A stretch of DNA of 63,296 bases, counting the filler, from Choristocarpus tenellus KU-1152 (lineage: Eukaryota; Protista; Phaeophyceae): the NCBI GenBank assembly GCA_964200185.2. It is 10 parts of 10 records of this genome, joined end to end, with 100 filler letters (N's around TTAATTAATTAA, not from the genome) between each part and the next. Parts side by side here need not be neighbours in the genome. Positions count along the whole stretch, not along the records: positions 19,069 to 34,807 come from CAXNAD020000937.1; positions 34,908 to 38,082 come from CAXNAD020021775.1; 8 more parts are not named here. One strand, 5' to 3'. The notes below the pieces were generated by a model, which worked only from the letters and a program-made list of their open reading frames with translations, had not been told where the DNA came from and made no database searches. Below, in pieces: positions 26,426 to 38,182 of the stretch. Within the stretch, counting starts at the first letter, position 1; every line of letters begins with the position of its first letter. A program made the translations under genes and the position numbers.

Positions 26426-28632
26426 AGTGCAGACGGAGCTTATCGGAATTCCTCAGCTTTTATTGTTATGGGGCTTGGGTAGTGGCGCCATTTTCATTGC
26501 AGGGTAACAACTACAGTCAATTTTAGTGTAGCTAACTAAAAATTGCACTCTATGTGAATAAGCATGAACTGCTACTCCCAATGGCTCCATTTTGTGCTTT
26601 TTAGGCAAGTTGATGCCTGTGTGTCCATTCTGCACCCTCCATCTGATAATGGTATGTACTCAAATCAGAAATAGATGTTAGCTCTTCAGCTGCAAGAAAG
26701 TTCCTACTCCCACCGTATATATATATACTTGTATCAGACTGTGCCCAGACTGAACAGAGTATTTTTGAACACTTATATGAACGAAGATACTCAAGGAACT
26801 GATCTCTAATTGACTGCACTAGAAAATACATCAAGGCATACACAGAACAGTGTTCACCTTACTGTGAGGCCAACATGGGTCAAATATAGGGCTTTGCTCT
26901 TTTAAGTATGTAGGTACTGGAGAATCACAGGGAAGCTCTTCCGAGTGATGGTTCAGTTGACAATGTCACAGTAGATTAGGGTTGTGAATTGAGCCCCCAT
27001 CTGCTGATGAAGTGTTCTCTTCCTAATGGGTTGGTAACGACAGTTATTATCCACAGTTTAGTCCTGGGATCCCATCAATTTCTTGAAACATGGTATCAAC
27101 ATAATATAGACCTCAAGTGTACAACTGGAGACCATACACAACCCTATCTGTAGCGAGCTGGATTGTGTGCTGTACGGAACACTAATCCTTACAAGGGTGA
27201 AAATGTGATTTTTCATGCTTAGTCCTGATGTGCAGTCTGTGTATTGTTAGTTCCATTGTCCCCTTGATTCAGTGCCAAGGTGACCTCATCCGCCAAGTGT
27301 AGGAGGCTTTCTACCTCTACCTTATCTCATGCGTGTTTGCATATACAAGAGAAAATGGACCACATACACATTTGAAGGTACAACCAAATAAAAGAGATTT
27401 CTCCCTTCTCCCTCAAATTGGAAGTGAGGGGTCAAGGTGTAGAGGGAAAGGTCCCTAACCTGCAACATGTGCATGGGATTCAAGATCGATTGGCAAGTTG
27501 GCATTTGTCTTCCCCTTCCTCATGTGAAATATCATTTATTTACTGTTATATTATAGAAGGACGTTTTAAATCCTTTCCCTTCTCCTTTCCTTTTTTTGCG
27601 ATCACTATGGCATCATAATAATACCATTGAACATATTTTTTGGTCAGTGAAGCATCACTCACCAACCTCTTTTTCTCATTCCTTTAAAAAGTTATGGTTG
27701 GGCTCCTAAGGACAAAAAATATACAAGTGTAGACCATACGTTCAATATTTGAGTGATTCCAAACATACACCAAACATACACCAAACTCTCCCCAAAAACA
27801 AGGAGTAGACAATCGTTACTCTTAAAGCATTTAATAGAACCATATTTTGTAATGTTCTTCGAAGAGATCTATTGTAAGGGGTCATGCATGATCTGAGCCC
27901 CCCAAACTCCTTCAGCTCCACACTCGTCTTTGAATTCATGCTCCCCTGACTGACCCATCAATACTGGGAAAGCAGCATATGAGGAGATAATAGTGTGTTA
28001 GGAACAGCAATGCACACATACCAATCAACGCCAAACATCAGAAGTCATAATGAGAAGCAAGCAATCTCCAGAGCATTTGGTGCTTCCACCTACACTATAA
28101 TTTAATGATGCCTTCTATTAAAACACCACCTGCCTGAGACCACCTTAGAATCCTTCCCCAATCTCATTCATTGGAGACCAAGGGTCTCCATCTTAGGCCA
28201 AATTGTGTGTGGCACATGTAACCTAAGTGCAGTATACTTATTTTCCCCTGCTACTGGGTACCTCATCTCATCCTGTCCACTGAACAAAAGTCCTATGAGC
28301 TGGACTCCCATGATGCTCTAAGGGCTATTAACTGCATGCACTTTTGCTACATTTCCTGCTTCAAGCGCAAGCAATAATATCTGCTTACATCATGTACAAC
28401 ATGTTTCAGCAAAAAGTGTTCTCAACTGCAGACCTGAAAGCTCTACCACCAACTGATACTAGAACAAAATACACTATTGAACTACTAATGTCCCCAATAA
28501 TACCTCAGGGGCTTGGGACAACACAAGAGATGAAGACTTCCCACCCCCACAATAAAATCCTGTTCCCGCCCCTACCCGCACGCCCTTCCTTCTTTACCTG
28601 TCACCAGATGTGACCATCCCTGCCACTATCCC

Positions 28633-31600
28633 TTAGATATTATTCTCATTGGCACTAAGACACTTCACCAAGTGATGGAATGCCTGAGAGTCAACATGGT
28701 CAGGGGGGAGGTGGGGGTATCAACTACCGTAATGAGAGTAGTAGTGGCACGCAAGGGAGATGATGAGCATGCAAGCAACTAAGTGACTCTTGTGTCAACG
28801 AGAAGGAATGCAGAAGACAAAAACCAACATGTCCGTAACACACAACCTTTCATTGTCTGCAAAAAATCAGGTATTGTGCTACAAGATTACAAGATCTCAC
28901 ATATGCATGCTGATTGCTTGGGTCACTCCTTATCACCAGAACACCACTTCTGAAATTCACACTCTACACTAGAGGTATAATCTGATATTTGTGCAAATAC
29001 ACACAAGCTCCTATCTAGCATGGCAAGTGAGGCTACAAGAGTGACATAGCATGCCTTTCATTTTGCCCCACCTCCTCTGGTTCATCCGTGAAGAACAGTT
29101 GATCCACATCCTCCTGGGCAATTGTACCATAATCAACCAGTGCCTGACACATGTAAGCATCATTATGTCATACCATCCACCCAACCGATGAGGTTATGGT
29201 AGGGTAGGCCAAATGGACAGAGTGTTTAGACATAAGTGTGTGATTGTGGGCAAGGTGCGGATGGGGGGAGGGGGAGGGGATTGATGGCACACAATAAGTT
29301 GCACCAATGCATGAGCAAGGCTGCCAATAAACACCACGAGGCAGCTGTTGCACGATTGTACAAAACAAGAAAGGCTTTGAGGACATCTCTCTCACCTGCC
29401 AGTTGATGATGGTCTGCCAGTACACCTTCCCAAAGAGTACAACCGTAAGGTTGTTCTGAACCTTACCTGTCTGCTTCAAGGTGAGGACCTGTGCACATAA
29501 ACCAAGTGCAACGTGGGACCAACACAAGGCACAAGCAGAGTACAGCCAGGTTGGGCCATTAGACACGGTTCATTAGTGCGATCAGTCAGGAAGGGTTGAT
29601 TGACATCACAAGCTCAAATGCCATGCCAGGCCCTGGAAAGGTGCTCATCCGTATCCAATGTTCATTACCCACAAATGACTGAGCAGCATAGCCTCCACTA
29701 CACACACAGGAGAAAATAGCAGTCCATGCATATGCCACAGAGAACAAAGGGACAGCCCCTACCTGGAAAACTGCCTAACAAGCTACGCAAGGCCAGGTTC
29801 TACAACTCCACACAAATCAATGCAACAGTAGCACAACCAAAAAAATGCAAGTGGCATGCGCTAGAAGGGAAAAATATTACACAAAGGAACAATGCCAGTC
29901 CAGCAGCTGAAACCACTGTGCTACAGCATAATGGATAATGTTTTCTAATGCAAGAAAAATTACCCTTAACACCAGTAAGTGTTCAATGCCACCTAGTCAA
30001 TAAGCTCTTATTGCTGCAATTGTCCTTGCCAGGCAATTATTAACACAGCTGCTTGTGTTTTTTTCACACCTCAAAGAGCTCATCCAGTGTGCCAAACCCT
30101 CCAGGGGCCACAACGAGTGCCTGGCAGTGGTACACCATCCAGAATTTGCGTGTGAAGAAGTAATGGTACTCAAAGGCAAGTTCCTCTGTGACATACTTGT
30201 TCAGGCCTGATCAATATGTGTCATTAAAAAAAAATTACACGCCATACACACAACAAAAATGTAAACAGAGATGAATGTTGAGATGTGGTGAAGGTAAGAC
30301 TTCAACACACGACTTTGGTCTCTTATATTACATACCAAAGAGTCAACGGCAGAATGGGGTGAGAGGGGATCTCAGATGTCACGACTTATCACTGGAGCAC
30401 ATGAATTCAGACTTCTCTGTGGAGTTATTTATTGGGAGCAACCCCTTCAACACGGATAGGACTAGAGGTGATCAATATTCACCACCATATTCCGTAAATG
30501 CAATTGAGATGTTACAAAAAATTATAATAGTCAGGACATGCAAATCCTACAATCTCCGAGGGTGATGAAAACAAACAGTGCTTCAAAGCAGCACATGCAG
30601 CTTCTGTATCAGTATTAAGAGTACTAGGACAAGCATCCCCCTTGACCATCCACTCGCATTAAAAACAAGAATAGCACACGATATCCACTTGCCTGCCTCA
30701 AACGGCAGGCTGATGCCCATCCCCATGTTCTTGGCTCCAGGTACTTTGCTAGCCCCCTTGCTTGCAGCCTCCATGAAGCCTGGCCCACCCCCTGTACACA
30801 CAACCAGGTGCTGTTCCCTCACTATTTTGCAAATAACCGTACAGGGGGTGTACATGGCATTGCGTTAGGGTGTGTTGGCAAGCCAGAGCCTTACTTACAC
30901 AAGACAAAACAAAAGGGCTCAAGCCACGGAATACAAAAAATATATAAGGTCCTTGCCCTCATTGCAATGTACAAGAGATTCCTCAAGAGGCTGTCGACTC
31001 TACATCGCCACAGCGTGTGCTCAGAAGCACACACGTTCTTACCCCTCCCACTGTCGCTAATATTTAGGCTTTCCTTATGGGGTCCATCCAGTCCCTTGTA
31101 TCGAGGATCGCCCTTGAAGCGAGGATCAAGGAAGTGGTAACGGGTCACCCCACTGTAGCTATGCTGACGTCCCAGATGGCACCGTGGAGATACTGCCCAC
31201 TCCGTCACTAGGCGGGAAAGTTCTGTTATCTGCGTGGGGACATTGCAGGCAAGATGTGGGAAAGGTGACCAGAAGGGCAAAGGGGATATCGTTTACATGT
31301 GAGGATGCTCCAGTGCTTGTGTTGCAGTTCAACCTGCTTGTTTGTACCCTGCTACTGGGCCACTCGAAAAAACGGTCAGAAAGTGGCCTTGATCTCCCAT
31401 CCAGCCAGTTTTTTTTTTAACACCCATACATACATCGCTTGATACATTGCACTTCAAAGGGGTGGTGTCAATCTATGTTTCTGTCTGCAGGTGCTGTTGT
31501 TGAGAACATCGCATTCACTGCGGTCTGCTCTTATGGCAACGGAGGTTTTCATATCATAGAAGGCAGTTTTTTCCTTGTTGTCACTGCCACCATTTCGTGA

Positions 31601-32053
31601 TGTGATTGTATTGTTGCCACAGAAAGGTCAGACCAGCTATGGGGAGTGTGCCTTTGCAAAGGACAAGGGCGTAGCGTTTTGAATGGTCTGACAAAATTTG
31701 TGTGATCCCCTTGCCTTTTCGGCACACTCTCCCATCCACTCGCACTTCTCCCACTTCTTCAGCTTCTTCTGTGCAGCCTATATTTTACAGTGCAAACCAA
31801 AAACCCAAAGGCAGGAAGGGATGTATGCAAAGTGCAGTGGGTGGCGAGTCATGGTTGGGATTAATCTACTTAAGGCATGGCAGGAAAAAGTAAAAATTTC
31901 ATGCTACCTGTTGCTAAGTACAACGTTCTGTACTCAGGAAGCTAAGCGCGCTTTGACTCAAGCAAATGTGTATGGCAAATGGCTTTGTTTAAGGGGGTCA
32001 ATCAACCCACTCCATACTCTAATGCCTCCTTGTCCTTCTCCCTGCCCCCTTCC

Positions 32054-32114
<61 letters not shown>

Positions 32115-33628
32115 AAGATGTGCTAAAACAACGAATCAGTCAGAAAGATGCAACAAATATGTCCAAGGATGTTTTTAGAAGCAATTTTTTTCGAAGGAGC
32201 AATTGAACATTTCCACACGGCACATCTTTGTGAACCACCATGGAGTCAGAATGACTGGAGAAATATGCCCTCAATGAACATTGCTGCATCGATATCTAGC
32301 CCACCATAGGGGGCTACTGATTCCCAATATGTGCAAACAAGTAGTGATGCAACGATATGATGCGGAAGGTAGAAACCCACTAGAAAACAGCACACATACA
32401 CCAAGAGCTATTTGTGCTCGTATATGTTACAGGTGAATAGACAAGGCAACTCAGATTGTCTATATTATTGCATTTTATTTGTTGACTACCGGGAGGAACT
32501 TACAGGTCTGCTATGGAAAGTAAGAGGAGCAGTGAGCCGAGGGATAGGACTGCCCGAAATAATTTATACCTTCAGTGAGTCGTCATCGGCTGCTGCTGCT
32601 ACTTCGGCCTTGGCCTTAGCTACCTCAGCTTCCCACTCTTCACCATTCTTTGCACGTGCTGAACCAAAGAAAAGCACGGAGGCTGCACATGGACACAGAA
32701 GAAAGGCGATGGCAAGCAGCCAAGGGTCAGGAGAGGTCATCATCACAAGAGAAAAGGGGCACGAGGAACCTTGAGTGTGATGGTGATGTTGCTGTCTAAT
32801 AGGAGGAAGGAGAGAGGGCAGGATCGTTAGAGGGAAATGGTGGCGATGCATTCAGAGCTTTGGAATGGGGCACTTTCATGAGGTGAGACTTGCAATAATC
32901 TAAGAGGGCGTAGAGGTCTTGGTGCGGAAGTAATGAGTGCACACTAGGTAGCACAAAGGGAATGTGGGAGTGTGATTCAGGACAACCAGCTAGTACAAAG
33001 GGGGCATAACTTCCAGCGTGCCAGAAAAATCATCACTGCTTTTCTACACGTTCCCCAGACTAGAGATATGCAAGGAAATGGAGAGGGAATTCTTCGTGCC
33101 GCCTTCAGGCTGTGAGGGTGGATAATTCAAAAACCTACCCTTGATATTGTTCTTCTTCAGGCGAATCATTGTCTCCTCGTATTCGCACATAATCCGAATA
33201 TGCCTAGCCTGCGTGAACCGTGCAGATAGGACACGTCCAAAAGATAATAGAAGGGCAGGAATCAGATTTGGGGACAGGGAAAGGGGGACGATGAAAGGCT
33301 TCGATGAGGGGTGTTGAGGAGATAGACAATTTGCCAAGATATCTGGAGGATGGAGTTGGTTGCGGGTTCTTACACCTGGTCAATGGGCAGGAGTACTGCA
33401 AAATACAGAGCATCATATCTTTCGGGTAGAAGGAAGTGTAATCCACACCTACAGTTGGTATATCCTGCTCGGCACAACTCTGCAATAGGAAAAGCAACCA
33501 GCTTAAACCACAAAGTAAAATGCGAAATATCACAGACGGACCTGATCCGAGTTTATGAAGTTCGGATTTTTGTACGCCTTGACAGTTGGTGTGAACATCT
33601 TCTCGCCTTCATTGTCAGTGGTCGACAT
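28633..33628 (-). CDS. LOG-family (type II, TIGR00730-like) nucleotide-monophosphate phosphoribohydrolase; complete, 10 exons, 333 aa
   Basis: Exons 33628-33542, 33208-33139, 32682-32570, 31777-31715 (GC donor), 31229-31043, 30821-30693 (GC donor), 30206-30070, 29488-29396, 29143-29072 and 28683-28633 total 1002 nt, open from ATG to TAA. Motifs KAYKNPNFINSDQARHIRIMCEYEE, VLFFGSAR, VCTGGGPGFMEAA, GISLPFE, HYFFTRKFW, PGGFGTLDELFE. Confidence 0.95.
32056..32113. repeat. (TG)n microsatellite in a LOG intron
   Basis: Direct observation. Confidence 0.98.
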
Positions 33629-33846
33629 ATCTTACACTTTAATGGTGTTTACAGCCTGCTGCGACAAGACTGGCACCACGCATTGGAATGTTTGTTTAGC
33701 TGACACCAGTTATAATTTGCAAGGAACAAGCAATTGTCCAGGAGATTGTTGTAATCAATCCACGACCTCAACCACATTTGATCTTACTCTATCGTCCAAG
33801 TGATAGTTTGCGCAGTCTAGCTTCCACAGCCTTCGGTCTGTATCTT

Positions 33847-33851
<5 letters not shown>

Positions 33852-33882
<31 letters not shown>
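33852..33882. repeat. (TC)n microsatellite ~220 bp upstream of the LOG start codon
   Basis: Direct observation. Confidence 0.95.
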
Positions 33883-33883
<1 letters not shown>

Positions 33884-34907
33884 AGCAGAATTGAAGTGGA
33901 CTTCAACACCCAAAAATTGTTGGTCCTTACCACCAAAGATCATACATATACTTACTTAATCACACCAATTTGTCGAAATTATTTTCAATTATACACAGTG
34001 ATATACTACTAGTGTCGTAATATTTTATAGAGGTGAAATGTATATATTTTTTTAATTCAATTTCTCTATAAATTTTAATTGAAATTGAGTTGCCTCATAG
34101 GTAACCCCCTGCCTTTCAATTGGCGGTTTGGAACCCATCCAAAACTACACTCCATGTCATTAACCAGGATTTGGTTTCTATGATCCTCTTCGCAGTAACA
34201 ACATAAGCGGAATATTGTACACCTGAACGAATCATGTGATTATGTTCTGGCGAGGTTATATAAGTAAGGGTGGCAAAGAGAATCATCAGTCAAGACAAGC
34301 CAGACAGGCAAAGACGAACCGTAACCGAGATGAGGTTAAGATTAGATGAGAACAAGGTTGAAAGAACTTGTAAGAAAATGTGGGGAAGTGTGGAAATGGG
34401 GAGGATCACGGTTCGGATGAGTTTCAGAAAATAAACTCTTCAGAGATGGCAGATCCTCCTTAATAAAAATGTACTCATAAAGAGACATTACAGGAAGACA
34501 TGGAAAACTTTCCTGAACCGAAGTTCTCATAATAGAACCTCAATCAGTATGACGGTATACATCATACGATCGACGCGACGTTGAAGTCACGTAAACATGA
34601 TTGAAGTTCAACCAAAAAGTGACCTGTGATTGTTGTATATTATATTTTTATTATTATGCCCTCTAATTGTATATTATTTTATATATTATTATTATGCCCT
34701 CTGACATTTTGCAGATGTGTCAGGGGGAAACCAATCAAAACTATATGCCAGATCCCCCCCCAGGAATTCCAGCTCACAATCAGCAGATCCCTAGGGAGAG
34801 AAGAGGCNNNNNNNNNNNNNNNNNNNNNNNNNNNNNNNNNNNNNNNNNNNNTTAATTAATTAANNNNNNNNNNNNNNNNNNNNNNNNNNNNNNNNNNNNN
34901 NNNNNNN

Positions 34908-34981
34908 CACCCAAAAATCGCGACATGAAAAAATGACTCCAAATGAACAGTCGCCACCTCCCCCCCAGATACTTTAAGCCC
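34908..34981 (-). mobile_element. Terminus of a sister TIR element at a contig start
   Basis: ...cctcccccccagatactttaagccc; homologous to the 16327 terminus. Confidence 0.75.
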
Positions 34982-35150
34982 TAGTACATTTAGAGCATTG
35001 GTCAAAGATTTGGTATGGATAGGGCAAAGAAATCAATGGTACAACTAATCTCTAAAGGACTTTAGACAAGAAAGTGGATCATCCATGAGTTAGTGATAAA
35101 GATGGCAGATGTGTTGACAAAGAATATGCCAGTGGAAGTTTTTAGATGAT
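34982..35150 (+). mobile_element. Small, internally deleted copia RT/RNase H relic
   Basis: Peptides YI*SIGQRFGMDRAK and MADVLTKNMPVEVF match copia YI..IL.RFGM..AK and ADxLTK. Confidence 0.5.
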
Positions 35151-35546
35151 AACATGTGTGGTTTTAAATTAACATGTAGAAAGTATTACATAGGTGTTTT
35201 ATGTACTTTTTTTTTAGGTTACTGGATTAATGCTTTTTTCAGCAAGGGGAGGGGATTTCGCAGTAACTAGTGTTATGCTTACGTTGTGTGTGCTGATTCA
35301 AGTATTTTACACACTGCGACAGTTTCATGTACGTTTATGTAATGTTTGGTACAATACATGGCAATGTGGTACATAGTGGTATGATGAGTGATTTTTTGAA
35401 GAATGTAAGGAAGCAAGATGGATGCAAGCAACACCAGACAATTAGTAATCACTATATGTTTACCATGTGACCCAGCAGCAGTTCTCGGCGACGGCCTTAA
35501 TACGTGAAGCTGATCAACAAGGTTCATAGGACACTTTGTCGTTAAA

Positions 35547-35804
35547 GAGCGAAAGTATCTTGGAGGGTACTAGATTTGCTCTGTTTGTCCATTTGGGGCT
35601 TGGCTTCCCTTGGGGTTTTTTATGACATTTTCCTACTCCAAAATATTTCGGAGTAGGTAAAATGTGTACGTTACGAAAAGGTGTGTCGGGAACAAGGATA
35701 TTGACACTTCCTAACAAACACGTAGCCAAAATTACATCAAAATCGCAAAATTACATTTTTGCCCCCAAAAGGACTCGGCTCTACCCTCTAAGATACTTTT
35801 GTTC
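35547..35804 (+). mobile_element. MITE family A, copy 6
   Basis: GAGCGAAAGTATCTTGGAGGGTA...TACCCTCTAAGATACTTTTGTTC; own flanks (aaa/ttg) do not match. Confidence 0.93.
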
Positions 35805-36340
35805 TTGTCTAGTTGCTAACAATGCGGACAGTACGCGAGATACCCAAGAACAAGTGCAGTTGAATGCACGATGTGGACTGGAGGGCAAAAAGTCCTGGTT
35901 GTACCATGAAAAGAAGTGTACAAAAGTGCCGAATAAGACTTGAGCGCGTTTGATGCAAACGAACCGTCCATCAACTGCACCCCACACATCTTAACACGAT
36001 ACCAACATGACTTTGTCTCCTGAATCTGCCCGGATACAGTCCAACGCATCCTCCGAGGGCCAGTCAGCGCAACCTCCTTGCAATCCACGATTGCAAGCAC
36101 AACTCTCCAGCTCATCTTGTACGCCATCGGTTTGGCGATGACAATTGTGTCTATGAGCTCATAGGCACTACCACAAGCCAGAAACTGGAGACCACAGGTA
36201 AGAGCCCATTCCCCTGGAACAACCCCATTTCAAAGGCCGTCTATCCTCTTCTCCCTTTTGAGAGGAGGGTATAGCAGACTGTACAAAGCAGGAAAGGAAG
36301 GGAATCCAGGAGGAATCATTGGTGGAACATGTGATCCTGC
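35805..36340 (-). mobile_element. PIF/Harbinger transposase remnant (N-terminal region to first catalytic D)
   Basis: SFPALYSLLYPPLK...NGVVPGEWALTCGLQFLACGSAYELIDTIVIAKPMAYKMSWRVVLAIVDC, then after a frameshift WGAVDGRFVCIKR. Matches Harbinger F..L..LL.P.L...E..L...LR.LA.G.SY...V..AI...C.GAIDG..I.I. Confidence 0.8.
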
Positions 36341-36489
36341 AGCAAAGGCCCGGTGTGGATACCTCATGATGGTCTCAAACGTCACACAAACAATGAACGT
36401 GTACTTCGACCCTCTTGGTCCCTGATGCTCATAAATATTTCGAGGAACAGGAATAAACTATGTGTACTGAATAAAAGGCATTCTAGTCA

Positions 36490-36620
36490 CCTTTGCTCCG
36501 CTTGGGCCCTTTGAATCTTGGCCACTGGGGACGTTATGCAACTCTCCTCGCATTTCCCTAATACGTTGTGTAAGAGGTGATATCCGAGAGTGGTGTGTGG
36601 TGGATGGAATGTGTAAGTTG
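36490..36620. repeat. Dispersed repeat, homologous to ~53078-53212
   Basis: Shared acctttgct...ttggggNcgttaYgcaac...gaggtgatatccgagagtg...gtggatgg blocks. Confidence 0.75.
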
Positions 36621-36788
36621 CTTGTGGTTTTTGGTGTTAGTTTTCTTCTACATCACTCCTCATGTAACACACACACACACATACAAAATCAATTTTCTTT
36701 GTTAGATCGGAAAGATGACAAATGCATCGTAGACATTATTTATAGGTGTTTCCCATAACGTCATTTTTATTGTTTATGGTCTATATAA

Positions 36789-37059
36789 GAGTGAAAGTCT
36801 TAGAGGGTACAAATTTTGACCCGTTTGTCCGTTGTTTGTTGTTTGTTTGGGGCTTGGCTTCCGACGGGTTTTTATTACATTTTACCTACTCCGAAACGTT
36901 TCGGAGTAGGTAAAATATATACTCTATGAACAAGTATGTCCGGAAGAAGGATATCGACACTTCCTAACAAACACAATAGCCAAAATAATATCAAAATTGC
37001 AACATTGGATTTTTGACCGCCAAACGGACGGGGCTCTACTCTTTAAGAAACTTTGACTC
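36789..37059 (+). mobile_element. MITE family A, copy 7 (contains perfect 38-bp palindrome 36879-36916)
   Basis: GAGTG...GACTC ends; flanks taa/aaa. Confidence 0.92.
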
Positions 37060-38182
37060 AAATTTGACTTAAATTTTTCCCTCCTATTAGTGAGGTACCT
37101 TAATATGAGCACGAGAAGTATCACAGTATGTAGTGTGAAAGCGTGCATTCTCGATGGTTCTCTGGACAGGGGGTCAATGACAATCACAAGACTGAACTCT
37201 TCCACCATAGTAGGGGGTGAGACCGGGTTTCAAAGGTCTTGGCCCAGCATCTCAACATCAGTTGAGGCAATTCAGAACAGAACAGAAACCTCAGTGTACA
37301 ACAGATGTCACAGAATGACTGAGCAATGCACAGCAGGAAAATGTAAGGGTCAGAATCGGAATGGACCTTCGTTCTGACACTTTTTCTGACTCTTTGGTCA
37401 AATATGGATCTTGTGGGTGTGTCTCGTTTGTGGACTGGTCGGTATGGGCAAGTCCAATGATGTGGTTGGCGCGCGCAATTGTGATGGCTGTGCGCCATTC
37501 GACAGAGATGTGTGCGTGGGAGATTCCAAAAAGGGACCTACCTATCCCTGACAGTACTACCAACAACAGTAATAGTAATAGTATTGTGTTGGAGTGCACA
37601 GGGGACCTCCCCTGACGTTGGGAGTCCCACTGCCATACTCTTTTCCACTTTTTCGCACACATTCTGAAACCTATCACTATCTCTAACCCTAGCCCTAACG
37701 CCATGTTATGTGTGAAAAAGATCCCTAATCAGCCAAGGAAACATTCTAGATGAAGTGGTGGAGGTGTGAAGTGTTTACCTGAGAACCACAACCTCTCAAG
37801 GATGCACCACTTTTCACTTTCAAACCCACTTTCGAGAATCTAATTTTGACCCTAACCACCGTTACCACAACCGCAACAGTGAGCGCAATTGTAATCGTCG
37901 TCGTAATAGTAAATGTAACCGTAAACGTAACCGTAACCGTAAACTGTGTGTGAAAAATAACATTAAGCAAGCTCGTGAGCATTGCACGCGTGAGTTCGAA
38001 TATCACTGGTGTCGCCAATGTGAATCGTGTGATTCTGTGGCGGCGTGGTTCACTCAGGCAAGGGTGGCGAAGAGAATCACCGNNNNNNNNNNNNNNNNNN
38101 NNNNNNNNNNNNNNNNNNNNNNNNNNTTAATTAATTAANNNNNNNNNNNNNNNNNNNNNNNNNNNNNNNNNNNNNNNNNNNN

